In this document: positions 1 through 12,070 of the stretch, one piece after another | How positions within the stretch are numbered: position 1 is the first letter of the stretch | How the letters are laid out: each line of letters begins with the position of its first letter | From: an uncultured Acidobacteriota bacterium | GTDB taxonomy: Bacteria > Acidobacteriota > Thermoanaerobaculia > Multivoradales > JAHEKO01 | Direction: 5' to 3' | Assembly (NCBI GenBank): GCA_963713825.1 | Contig: CAVQNG010000003.1 | Location: forward strand, 992,001 to 1,056,000 | Length of the DNA: 64,000 nucleotides | Position numbers and translations under genes: made by a program | The notes under the pieces: generated by a model | Database searches by the model: none | What the model was told of the DNA's origin: nothing | The model's input: only the letters and a program-made list of their open reading frames with translations

Positions 1-473
1 AGGCGACTCTGCACCAGGACCGGGAGGCGCTCTGGCACTGGGACATGGCTCAGATCATGGTGCCGAACCTGCGGGCCGAACTGGTGCAGAGCTACAGTGG
101 TCTGGTGGGTATGTTCGATGCCAGTCCCTTTCGCGATCAACCCTCGGCGATCGAGCGTTTGTCGGCCGAAGGTGAGTGGCTGCCTTCGGACGGCGGCGAG
201 ATTCAGCCCGCACGGGTCGTGGAGCGAGCCGACATTCCCTCGCCGAGCCGTAAGCGCAATGCCCTTGTCGGACAACGCGTCAAGGTGTCCTATCTGGTCG
301 ATACCCAGGGCAGGACCTATACCCCGGTGGTCGAAGAAGGTGGTGAGAACACCCTGGCGGTCTTCACCGTTCTCGAGTCCATCCTGGTGTGGCGGCACGA
401 GTCAGCGACGATCGATGGCGACGCTCGGTGGTCGCGCACGGGCGGTGTCTTTTCGTTCCAGAAAGATCGGTAG
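1..473 (+). CDS. Probably 5'-truncated protein ending in a TonB C-terminal-like domain
   Basis: C-terminal part reads VKVSYLVDTQGR..PVVEE..AVFTVLESILVWRHESATIDG, resembling the TonB_C pattern. The frame appears open to the window edge. Confidence 0.4.
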   Translation, partial: ATLHQDREALWHWDMAQIMVPNLRAELVQSYSGLVGMFDASPFRDQPSAIERLSAEGEWLPSDGGEIQPARVVERADIPSPSRKRNALVGQRVKVSYLVDTQGRTYTPVVEEGGENTLAVFTVLESILVWRHESATIDGDARWSRTGGVFSFQKDR

Positions 474-493
474 TTTGAGTCGAGACTCCATCT

Positions 494-1178
494 ATGAAAA
501 CCAGGGTCTGCATTGTCCTGCTGCTCCTGGTATTGCTACTCCCCGTAAGCTGGATCAGCCGTACCGAAGGGTTCCTCGATGGCAGTTGGCTAGGTGTATC
601 CACAGCCACCTGGTTCTGGCTCTCGATTCTGTTTCCCATTCTGCATCAGGTCTGGGTCTGGATCTGTTGGCGAATGGAGCTGCACTATCAATGGCTCAGC
701 CGGAGTCTCGGACCCTGGGGGTTCAGAGTCTACGGTGCCGGTTTTGCGCTGCTCTCCTTCGCACGGCTTTTCACCCTGACCGCCACGGCCGTTGCTGATC
801 AGGGCAGCCTGGACGTCAATCGTGGCTTGCTCCATCATACTGACCCTGGTGCTGGCGATTCCGACCTTCTATACCTTTTACTCCGTGAGTCGCTACTTTT
901 CCTACCGCCGCGCTCTTGGCATCGATCACTTCGACCCCTCCTATCGAACCAAGCCCTTCGTGCGAAAAGGCATCTTCCGGTTTACCAGAAACGGTATGTA
1001 CACCTTCGGTCTGATGATCGTCTGGCTACCAGGACTGATCTGGGCCTCGAAAGCGGCGCTTCTGTCGGCCGTCTTCTCGCATCTCTATATCTGGGTGCAC
1101 TACTACTGCACCGAGTTGCCGGACATGCGGCGAATCTACGGGGCAGCCAGGGCCGACGAGTCCACAAGGAACAGCTGA
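494..1178 (+). CDS. Phospholipid methyltransferase (PEMT/ICMT-like) membrane protein; frameshift near 830
   Basis: Hydrophobic N-half (ORF 494) joins the C-half (ORF 792..1178), which has GIDHFD..PFVRKGIFRFTRNGMY and HYYCTELPDMRRIYG. Confidence 0.65.
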
Positions 1179-1193
1179 ACAGGGAGACCCAAG

Positions 1194-2612
<1,419 letters not shown>

Positions 2613-2631
2613 TCGAAAGGCAGCGAACTTC

Positions 2632-3961
2632 ATGAGTCAAGGTGAACAGTCCGCGGGCAGAACGAATCACGGGTTCTTCCAGCGCTTTCTCCATTCCGAA
2701 GTGGCCGGCAGCGTGGTGCTGCTGGCTTGCACGATCCTGGCGCTGATCTGGGCCAACTCACCGGCCGCCGACAGCTACCGGCAGCTGACCCAGACCTATA
2801 TCGGCATCTCCTGGGGCGACCACGGCTTCAAGTTGTCGCTCCAGCACTGGATCAACGACCTTCTGATGGCGGTCTTCTTCTTCGTGGTCGGTCTCGAGAT
2901 CAAGCGGGAGATGGTTCTCGGTGAGCTTTCTTCGTTCAAGCAGGCGATCTTGCCGGTGACAGCGGCGATCGGCGGCATGGTCGTGCCAGCAGCGATCTAC
3001 CTCATGTTCAACGTCGGCGGCGAAGGTGAGGCTGGATGGGGAATCCCCATGGCGACCGACATCGCGTTTGCGCTCGGGTATTCTCGCGATCTTCGGCAAG
3101 CGGGTACCGCTCGGGTTGAAGATCTTTTTGACCGCCCTGGCGATCGCCGACGACATGGGTGCCGTTCTGGTGATCGCTCTGTTCTATACGGAGAAGGTCA
3201 ATCTGAGCGCGCTGATCGTGGCTGCGGTCTTCCTCTTCCTGCTGCTTGCGGCTTCCAAGGCCAATGTCCGTCGAGTCGGCGTCTACGTCTTTCTCCTGCT
3301 CGGGGTCTGGCTGGCGGTCTTCGCCTCGGGCGTGCACGCCACGGTCGCAGGCATCCTGGTTGCCATGGTGGTGCCGGTTCGTGCTCGACTGGATCCGCAC
3401 CAGTTCGTGGACATGCTCGAAACGAGTTGGCGCAAGCTCGAGAGTTCCACGCTGACGCAGGAGAGCATGGTTTCGAACAACGAGCAGTACGAGGCCTTAC
3501 GGACGATCGATCTTGCGGCTACCGACATGTTGCCGCCGGGCCTGGTCCTGGAGCGCTACCTGCACCTGGGGCAAGCGTTTCTGATCCTGCCGCTCTTTGC
3601 TTTCTTCAATGCGGGGGTCACGATTAGCGGAGATATCTTTCAGATCCTGGCCAACCCGGTGAGCCTCGGCATCGTTCTGGGTTTGGTGCTCGGCAAGCAG
3701 ATCGGCGTCTTCTTGTTCAGCTGGTTGGCTATCAAGTCCGGCCGGGCTGCCCTGCCGTCCGGGGTCACCTGGGGACAGATCTGGGGCGCCAGTTGTCTGG
3801 CCGGGGTTGGATTCACCATGTCGCTCTTCATCAGCGAACTCGCCTTCAAGGATCCCGACATCGTCAGTGAAGCCAAAATCGGCATCCTCGTGGCTTCGCT
3901 TGTCGCCGGTGTCCTGGGCTACTTCGTACTGACCAGGGCCCTACCCAAGAGAAAGTCGTAG
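2632..3961 (+). CDS. nhaA: Na+/H+ antiporter NhaA; frameshift near 3078
   Basis: Motifs HWINDLLMAVFFFVVGLEIKRE, GWGIPMATDIAFALG, FLTALAIADD and LAGVGFTMSLFI. Confidence 0.92.
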
Positions 3962-5679
3962 TGGCAGATCCGGCCCTCGCCGCGGGCGAGATTCAGCAGA
4001 TCGATTGGATGACCCTGGGGATGGGTCTCGCCGGTGGCCTGGCGATGTTCCTGTTCGGCCTCGACCTGATGGCGAAAGCCCTGCAGTCGGCCGCTGGCAC
4101 CAGCATGAAGTTCGTTCTGGGCAAGCTGACCAAGAACCGGGTCCTTGGGGCGATCACCGGAGCCTTTGTCACTGCGGTGCTGAATTCATCGTCAGTGACG
4201 ACGGTCCTCGTAGTGGGGTTCATCAGCGCCGGCCTGATGACGCTCGCCCAATCGATCAGCGTCATCATGGGCGCCAATATCGGCAGCACCTTCACGGCCC
4301 AGATCGTCGCCTTCAACGTCACGCAGTACGCCCTCGCGATGGTGGCCATCGGCTTTGCGATGATGTTCACGGCCAAGCGGGAGAAGGTGGAGCTCTACGG
4401 CTCGATGCTCTTGGGCCTGGGTCTGCTGTTCTATGGCATGGGTGTCATGGGATCGTCCATGGCGCCATTGGTCGATTACCAGCCCTTTCTGGAGTTCATG
4501 CAGCGGATGGAGGTTCCCATTCTGGGAATCCTGGCAGGGATGGTCTTCACCGCCATGGTCCAGTCGTCGGCTGCGACCACTGGAATCGCCATCGTCATGG
4601 CGAGCGAAGGACTGGTATCTCTCGAGGCGGGGATCGCTCTGGCCCTGGGCGCCAACATCGGCACCTGTGTCACCGCCCTGCTCGCGGCCATCGGAAAGAC
4701 CAGGGAAGCACAACGGGCCGCCGCTGCTCACATCCTGTTCAATGTCCTGGGCGTTCTTCTTTGGGTTGGCTTCATCGGTCAACTGGCAGAGTTGGTGCGA
4801 TGGATCTCACCGGTGCATGCGGAGCTACAAGGCTCAGCGAAGATGGCTGCTGAAGTGCCACGGCAGATTGCCAATGCCCACACCGTATTCAATGTGGCGA
4901 ACACCCTGATCTTTCTTCCCTTTACTGCCCAACTGGCTCGTCTCGTCGAGAAGCTGCTGCCCGACCGTCCAGAAGCCGCAGAGACGGTCATTGTCACGGC
5001 CAAGTACCTGGACGAGGCGCTCGTCGAAGCGCCCACCCTGGCGCTCGAGCGAGTCAGACTCGAGTTGGGGCACATGGGCGAGGTCGTCGAAGAGATGCTG
5101 GTGAGCCTGGGAGCGGCCTTGCAGAGCGGCAGCCAGAGTGCGCTCGATGAGATCCACCGGCTCGATGACCATGTAGACATTCTGCACAAACACATCTTGA
5201 CCTACCTCGGTGAGATCCGCCGGCAGCCCTTGACGGACAAGGAGAGTCAAGAGTTCCTTTCCCTCATGAGCACTAGCGACTATCTGGAGAGTATCGGCGA
5301 TGTGGTCGAGGATGGATTGGCCGAGGTCGGCCACAAGATGCTGAACGAGGGAGTCAGGCCCAGTGACGAGACTCTCCTGATGTTGAGGGATCTCTATGAC
5401 GCGGTGTCGAAAGCAGTGAGCAAGTCTATCGAGGCGGTGAAGGGCAACAATCAGAAGGCTGCCCAGGAGGTGTTGGCCCTGAAGGGTGAGGTCAACCGGA
5501 GCATCTCACAGGTCTTCGACCGACAGGCGGAACGCCTTGCCATCGACGATCCAGAGCGCCCAACCGTCTTCCGACGGGAAATGGCGATTGTCGACAACAT
5601 GAAGAGGATCTATACGCTCAGCAAGCGAATCGCCAAGCTCCTGCTACCCGAGGAGCTTCTCAGCGCCGAGGCAGAGTGA
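3961..5679 (+). CDS. Na/Pi cotransporter family protein with C-terminal PhoU domains
   Basis: Two (N/Q)SS..TT / GANIGT repeats, IANAHTVFN, and a soluble helical PhoU-like C-terminus. Confidence 0.88.
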   Translation: MADPALAAGEIQQIDWMTLGMGLAGGLAMFLFGLDLMAKALQSAAGTSMKFVLGKLTKNRVLGAITGAFVTAVLNSSSVTTVLVVGFISAGLMTLAQSISVIMGANIGSTFTAQIVAFNVTQYALAMVAIGFAMMFTAKREKVELYGSMLLGLGLLFYGMGVMGSSMAPLVDYQPFLEFMQRMEVPILGILAGMVFTAMVQSSAATTGIAIVMASEGLVSLEAGIALALGANIGTCVTALLAAIGKTREAQRAAAAHILFNVLGVLLWVGFIGQLAELVRWISPVHAELQGSAKMAAEVPRQIANAHTVFNVANTLIFLPFTAQLARLVEKLLPDRPEAAETVIVTAKYLDEALVEAPTLALERVRLELGHMGEVVEEMLVSLGAALQSGSQSALDEIHRLDDHVDILHKHILTYLGEIRRQPLTDKESQEFLSLMSTSDYLESIGDVVEDGLAEVGHKMLNEGVRPSDETLLMLRDLYDAVSKAVSKSIEAVKGNNQKAAQEVLALKGEVNRSISQVFDRQAERLAIDDPERPTVFRREMAIVDNMKRIYTLSKRIAKLLLPEELLSAEAE

Positions 5680-5764
5680 TTCGCGGCTTGGCCAGATCGG
5701 GGTTTTGCAGTCGAATCACAGATGTCGGAATGGGCATTGGAAGGGAGAGGAATTGGCAAGCCAG

Positions 5765-6202
5765 ATGACACACCGAGTCAGACTGCTGGTGGGTATTGGA
5801 GCTCTGGTGGCGGCGACCGCCATGGCCATGTTCGTGAATGTGGAGTTCCTCGGGGGAGTCGATATCGCGGCATTCTCCACTTATTCCTGGGTCGAGGGCA
5901 CGCCGCCGGCAAACTTCGAAGTGGCGCAGGCCATTCGGGGGACTGCCGACAAAGAGCTCGCCCAGAAGGGCTACAAGAAGGTGGAGGGACCCGCCGATTT
6001 CACGATGGCGATCCACACCGACCGCGACGATATGTTCCAGGGTGGAACCTTGCGAGTCGAGGCCTACGAAGGCTCCAGCGAAGAGCCGATGTGGCGCGGC
6101 AAGGCCGAAGGTGTCCTGACCACGACCAATCCCAACAAGCTGCCGCGGCTGGCAAGTCAGGCCACCAAGAAGATGTTCAAGAAGTTTCCCAAGGCAAGAT
6201 GA
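5765..6202 (+). CDS. Secreted DUF4136-like protein
   Basis: Signal peptide, FSTYSW, ELAQKGY..PADF, WRGKAEG, KMFKKFP. Confidence 0.6.
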   Translation: MTHRVRLLVGIGALVAATAMAMFVNVEFLGGVDIAAFSTYSWVEGTPPANFEVAQAIRGTADKELAQKGYKKVEGPADFTMAIHTDRDDMFQGGTLRVEAYEGSSEEPMWRGKAEGVLTTTNPNKLPRLASQATKKMFKKFPKAR

Positions 6203-6251
6203 TGGCACTGGGCCGAGGATGCAGTGCAGCCCTGAGCCCAATGTCGTGGGC

Positions 6252-6420
6252 AGGCCCGTCCGGGTGGTCCGCAGGCGGACGGCGACGGCTACTCAGACTG
6301 CGACGGGCGGGCCGCCGCCTCGTCTCGTCATCGCGCCCCATCTCCTGTGCACTATGGAGGACCTTGCGCTGCGCTCGACTCGGCGCCCCCTGCGAACCAC
6401 CCGAACGAACCTTTGGCACC
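6252..6420. repeat. 169-bp dispersed hairpin element, copy A (family 1)
   Basis: Gapless match to 47562..47730, about 74% identity by manual count. The two ends form a ~24-bp imperfect inverted repeat. Confidence 0.8.
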
Positions 6421-6445
6421 TGTGAAGGAAGTGGAGTCGATCAGA

Positions 6446-7384
6446 ATGAAAAGCCTATCTATAGCCGCGATGATGCTGGTTTTGGTCGGAGGTTGTAGTC
6501 CTCCGGAGGTCGAGCAAGCCTCCGAGCCGAGCCCTGTCGAACCGGTGGAGTTGGACGACGAAGCATGGACTGCCGCGCTTCTCGAGGAGAGGCAGGAGAT
6601 CGAAGAGGAGTTCAGGACGTCCAAGGAATCGCCGATGGCGGGCAGCCAGTACCTGAAGTCGGAGCCGATGGACGAGGTCTATCTGCTCCTCCGAGACGGG
6701 GTGTTCGAGCTGGCTGACTCACCGATGGATGGCACCGAGGTCGGAGTTGTCAAACAGGATGAGGCTTGGCATGTGCAGGGCCTGGGGCAGGATGTCGTAG
6801 GCCAAGTGGGCGAAGAGGCGGCGGTAGTGGGCGCCGCCCTTGAAGGGCCGGCATCCTTCGACATCGGCGAATTCCATCTCAACTTCTATCCGAGCGAGGA
6901 CCGGGTGACCTTCATTGTCTTCGATCCCCAGAGGCCTGAGATGGTGGAGTTCGAGCACCTCCTCTACTTCCCGCCAGACCGAAAGTACGAGGTCGACGCC
7001 AAGCTGGTCGTTCTTCCGGACCCCGAGAAGCTCGAGATTCCTACAACCCGGAACCTGATCAAGACTTTCTACAAGTACGCAGCGATCGAGTTCGAGATCG
7101 ATGGCGAAAAGCAGGAGTTGACCGCTCTCAAGAGTGCACTCGAAGGCGATGGCTCCGAAGGACTGTTCATCGCCTTCAAGGACACCACCACAGGGCGGGA
7201 GACCTACGGTGCCGGCCGGTATCTGATGATCGACGACCCGGAGAGCGAGAATTTCGTGCTCGACTTTAATCGCGCCTTCAACCCGCTGTGCAACTACTCG
7301 CCCGCCTACAACTGCACTCTCCCGCTCCGGGAGAACCACTTGGATGTCGCCATCCGGGCTGGCGAGTTGGCGTACCCGCACTAA
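6446..7384 (+). CDS. DUF1684 family lipoprotein
   Basis: Lipobox VGGC; FKDTTTGRETYGAGRYL; LDFNRAFNPLCNYSPAYNCTLP..NHL..IRAGE. Confidence 0.88.
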   Translation: MKSLSIAAMMLVLVGGCSPPEVEQASEPSPVEPVELDDEAWTAALLEERQEIEEEFRTSKESPMAGSQYLKSEPMDEVYLLLRDGVFELADSPMDGTEVGVVKQDEAWHVQGLGQDVVGQVGEEAAVVGAALEGPASFDIGEFHLNFYPSEDRVTFIVFDPQRPEMVEFEHLLYFPPDRKYEVDAKLVVLPDPEKLEIPTTRNLIKTFYKYAAIEFEIDGEKQELTALKSALEGDGSEGLFIAFKDTTTGRETYGAGRYLMIDDPESENFVLDFNRAFNPLCNYSPAYNCTLPLRENHLDVAIRAGELAYPH

Positions 7385-7477
7385 GGGTTGAGGCAGCCGG
7401 CGTTCCTTCGGCTGGTCTTTGAGGGCTTGGGGTTGAAGCAGCCGTCGCTGGCTCCGGCTGATCTTTTGGGCAGTGGG
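7385..7477 (+). repeat. Tandem doublet of ~46-bp REP-like hairpin unit (family 2)
   Basis: GGGTTGARGC..CCG..CGGCTG.TCTTT units start at 7385 and 7430. Homologous to 17679..17773 and to the reverse complement of 18013..18106. Confidence 0.75.
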
Positions 7478-7650
7478 GGGAACACTGCCACCTCGCCAGA
7501 GGCATTTCCGACCACCCACACAACCACGGATCGCCTCATTGCCTCGGAACCCCCAAGAAAAGATGGTCATCTGTTCAGGACCCAGGACCCGAGCCCCAGG
7601 ACGGGAGGGTGGGCTGGGATCGCCGGGCGCCTCAACCCGGAAGGCGAGCT

Positions 7651-10600
7651 CTACGCTGGTGTCTGAGGCGTCGGCGTCGGTTGTGGCGTCGGGGCTGGCT
7701 TTTTGCGGCTCATCTTCTCCGCCGCGGTCTGTACGACGAAGTACAGGAGCGGAATCATGAAGACGCCGGCCACGGTAGCCAGGAGCATGCCGCCGAAGAC
7801 GGCCGTTCCCAGGCTGACACGACTGTTCGCTCCAGCACCCGAGGCAATCACCAGTGGGATCACGCCGAGTAGGAATGACAGGGCGGTCATCAAGATCGGA
7901 CGGAAGCGGAGCCTGGCGGCCTCGCGGGCAGCCTCGACGATCGATTTACCGAATTCGTCTCGTTGCTGTTTGGCAAACTCGACGATAAGAATCGCGTTCT
8001 TCGCCGACATGCCAATGAGGAGCACAAAACCGATCTGGGTGTAGATGTTGTTATCGAACCCGCGCAGAAGGGTAAAGATAATGGCACCGAGAATCGCCAA
8101 AGGCACCGACAACAGCACCGCGATCGGTGTCGCCCAACTTTCGTACTGTGCCGCCAGAAAGAGAAAGACCATGATCAGCGCCAGAGAGAAGATCAAGGGC
8201 GCCACATTGCCCGACTCTTTCTGCTGCTGTGTGACGCCCGACCAGGCATAGCCCATCTGACTGGGAAGGATCTCCTTCGCAATCCGCTCGATCTCGTCGA
8301 CGGCTTGACCTTCGCTGTATCCGGGCGCTGGCGCACCCGTAATGGTCGACGAAGGGAACATGTTGAATCGGTTGATCACCGAGGGACCCACATCTTCATG
8401 CACGGAGAGCAAGGTGGAAAGCGGCACCATCAGGCCCTCGGCCGTGCGAACCTCGAGGCGTTGAATATCACTGACTCGATTCCGGAACGTCTCGTCGGCT
8501 TGCACCATGACGCGCCACGTGCGGCCAAAGCGGTTGAAATCGTTGACGTAGGCCGAGCCCAGATTGGCCTGCAAAGTGTCGAAAACGGTCTGCAGCGGAA
8601 TATTCAGTCGCTTGGTCTTCTCCCGATCCACATCGATATAGATCTGGGGAACATTCGACTGAAAGTTCTGATTCAAGCGGGTGATCTTGCCGCTTTGGTA
8701 GCCAGCCGTCACCATATCGTTGGCAAACGTCTCGAGCTGGAGCAGCCCTAAGCCACCAAGGTCTTGCAGCTCCATCTGAAAGCCACTGCCAGAGCCCAGA
8801 CCCTGAATCGGCGGGGGCCCAAATGCGAAGACGGTGCCCTCCCGCATCTTCGACAGTACTCCCTGGATCATCCCGATGGTCTCGAACACCGTGTTCTCTC
8901 GCTCACTCCAAGGCACGAGAGTAATGATCCCGGCACCAAAGTTGGGACCCTGTACTTGATCGAGGAATGAGTACCCACCAATGGCAATCGAGTTCTGAAT
9001 CCCGGGCAGCTTCTCGACCTCCGCCATGACGACGTCCATCACTTCCCGGGTTCTGGCGAGCGAAGCCGCATTGGGCAGCTGGATGTTGACAAAGAAGTAG
9101 CCTTCGTCTTCAGACGGAACGAAGCCACCAGGCATGGCGCCGAATCCGTAGACCATGGCTCCCACCAGCCCCGCAAAGATGATCATCACGATGATCGCTT
9201 TTCTTATCAAACCACCCACAGCGCGGCCGTAGGAGGCCGACATGCGATCGAAGTACTTGTTGAACTGCCGAAAGAACCAACCGGGCTCTTTGGCCTCGGA
9301 GCTCGGTTTCAGCAACATGCCGCAAAGCGCCGGGCTGAGTGTCAGGGCGTTGATGGAGGAGAAGATCGTGGCGACCGAAATGGTAATGGCAAAGGGCCGA
9401 TACATGCGCCCCGTCAGGCCGGGCATGACCAGCGTCGGCGCGAACACCGCCAGTAGCACGAGGGTTGTAGCAACGATGGCACCACCCACTTCGTCCATCG
9501 CCTTGGCCACGGCCTCTTTGGGACCCAGGCCCTCGGTGTCCATGATCCTCATGGTGTTCTCCACCACGACGATGGCATCGTCCACCACGATACCGATCGC
9601 CAGGACCAGTCCGAACAACGTCAGGTTGTTGATGGACTGACCGGTCACCAGCATGACGGAGAAGGTACCGATCAGGGCCACCGGAATCGTCACCGATGGC
9701 ACGACCGTGGTGCGAAAATCCTGCAAGAAGATATATACCGAGAAGATCACCAGGATGATGGCAATCACCAGCGATGTGACGACCTCCTTGATCGAGGCCT
9801 CGATGTAACGGGTCGCGTCGAAGGGAATCGAGTATTCCAGGCTCTCGGGAAACCGTGTCGACAGCTCTTCGAGAGCAGCGATCACACCTTGCGCCACGGC
9901 CAGTGCGTTCGAGCCCGGTAGCTGGTAGATCCCCATCGAGATGGCCGGCGCGCCATCGAGCTCGGAGTACCAGGCATAGGACAGGGCTCCCAATTCGACC
10001 CGGGCCACATCGGCAATACGAACCAACTGGCCCGCCTCGCCCCGCTTGACGATGATCTGCTCGAACTGGCTGACCTCAGCCAATCTACCGAGAGTCGTCA
10101 GGGTGTATTCGAAGTTGAGATTCCCCGAATTGGGCTCTTCGCCGATCTTGCCCGCCGCGACCTGGACATTTTGCTCTTTGAGGGCATTCAGAACTTCGTT
10201 GGTGGTCAGATTGCGGGCCTTGAGCAGCTCAGGATCCAACCAGATCCTCATGCTGTAGTCCTTGGCACCGAACATCATGACTTCGCCAACGCCATTCACC
10301 CGGGCCAGTACATCCTTGACCTGGGTGGTGGCATAGTTGCTCAGATAGAGCTCATCGCGCTTGCCGTCCGGAGAGTACAGAGCCGCCACCATGACCATGG
10401 AAGTGGACTGCTTCTTGGTGGTCACACCCTGTTGCTTCACCTCTGCGGGCAGCTTGGGGTCAGCGATGGAGACCCGATTCTGGGCCAGCACCTGGGCCAT
10501 GTCGGGGTCGGTGCCCACCGCAAAGGTAATGGTGAGGTTCATGCTGCCGGTGGCAGGGGCTCTTCGAGGACATGTAGAGCATGTTCTCGACGCCATTGAC

Positions 10601-10813
10601 CTCCTGCTCGATCGGTTGAGCGACCGTTTCGGCAAGAACCTCCGCACTGGCACCCGGATAGCTGGTAGAGACCTTGACAGTCGGCGGGGTGATGTTCGGA
10701 ACGCTCTCGACAGGCAGGATCGGGATCGAGAGCAAGCCGAGGAGCACGATCACGATAGCGATCACCATCGCGAAGATGGGTCGATAGATGAAGAATTTAC
10801 TGAATCCACCCAT
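7651..10813 (-). CDS. RND efflux permease (AcrB/MexF/BepE-like); frameshift near 10560
   Basis: N-terminus [13 protein letters not shown] (ORF 10460..10813), [34 protein letters not shown]. Confidence 0.93.
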
Positions 10814-10816
10814 CGA

Positions 10817-12070
10817 TCAACCGTCCTCGCTCGCGGGTTCGGCAGGCTGCTCGTCTTGACCGGTGGTTGCTTCGGGTTGACTCGCAGGCTGTGGCCGCTC
10901 GCTCGGCTCCGGAGTGTCGGACACTGTGTCGGGTGTCACCGGCATCCCAGGCCGCGCTCTCAACAGGCCTTCGACGATATAGGTCTCCGAGCCTTCGAGG
11001 CCCTCGAGGATTGGCACCATGCCGTCGGGTTCGACCACACCCAGCTGGACGTAGCGCCGCTCGACGAGGTTGTCATTACCCACGACGTAGACATAGCGCC
11101 CTCCCAGGTCGGTGCCGAGTGCTTGCTCGCGAATCAGCACGGCATCTTCCAGCAACTGGATGGGGATCCGCACCCGGACAAAGAGACCGGGGAACAGACT
11201 CAGCTCTTCATTGGGCAGTACAGCTCGTAGTTGGATGGTGCCTGTCGCCGCATCCACTGTGTTGGAGACATAGTCGATGGGACCGCTGAACGGGAAGTCA
11301 TCGTCGATCAAGGTCGCAACCTGGGCCATCGTCGTTTCTTGTCGCTCGAGTCTGGACTGGTCGATCTCCGTCGTCAGGTCCATGTTCCTCAACGCCCGCA
11401 GAACTATTTCCTCGGGAGCATCGAAGTAGACGAACATCGGCTGCATGCGATTGACCGTGGTCAGCAGCGTGCCCTCAGCTCCGCTGACGATGTTGCCGCG
11501 ATCCACCTGATTGCGGCCTACCTGGCCGGTAATGGGCGCACCGACTTGGGTGTAGGAGAGTTGAAGCTCGGCTCGATCGAGTGCCGCCTCGGCCGACAGC
11601 ACGGATGCTCTCGCCATGTCGCGATTGGCCCTGGCGAGATCCACGTCGGACTGGCTCACGGCGTTGGTCTTGACGGCCTGCTCGACCCGCTGGAGGTCGG
11701 ATTCGGTTCTTGCGAGATCCGCCTCGGCGGATTTGAGAGCCGCGTCCGCGGCATCCCGTTCCGCCTTGTACTGGCGCGGCTCGATCACAAACAGGGTCGC
11801 GCCCTCTTGCACGATCGTGCTGGGCTCGAAGGAGATCTGCTCGAGCTCGCCGGTGACTCGCGCCCTGACTTCGACCGACTCGAAGGCCCGAGTGGACCCG
11901 AGATGCTCCGAGAAGACCGTCACGTCGCGCAGGATCGGCTGGGCTACCCCGACATCAGGAGGTGGAGGCGGGCCGGTCTCGGCGTCTCCACCGCAGCCCA
12001 CGGCCAGAGCGGCCAGCGTCGCAAGAAGCAGGCAGCTCCATACGCTGCCCGGTCGGAAAGGTGTTCTCAT
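10817..12070 (-). CDS. RND periplasmic adaptor (MFP) subunit
   Basis: Lipobox AVGC, VEVRARVTG, APITG..GR, TGTIQLRA..PN..LFPGLFVRV. Confidence 0.92.
   Translation of the reverse strand: MRTPFRPGSVWSCLLLATLAALAVGCGGDAETGPPPPPDVGVAQPILRDVTVFSEHLGSTRAFESVEVRARVTGELEQISFEPSTIVQEGATLFVIEPRQYKAERDAADAALKSAEADLARTESDLQRVEQAVKTNAVSQSDVDLARANRDMARASVLSAEAALDRAELQLSYTQVGAPITGQVGRNQVDRGNIVSGAEGTLLTTVNRMQPMFVYFDAPEEIVLRALRNMDLTTEIDQSRLERQETTMAQVATLIDDDFPFSGPIDYVSNTVDAATGTIQLRAVLPNEELSLFPGLFVRVRIPIQLLEDAVLIREQALGTDLGGRYVYVVGNDNLVERRYVQLGVVEPDGMVPILEGLEGSETYIVEGLLRARPGMPVTPDTVSDTPEPSERPQPASQPEATTGQDEQPAEPASEDG

Noticed and set aside
7385-7477. Family-2 doublets as mini-CRISPR arrays
   Set aside because: Only two degenerate contiguous units per locus, dispersed, with no spacers.
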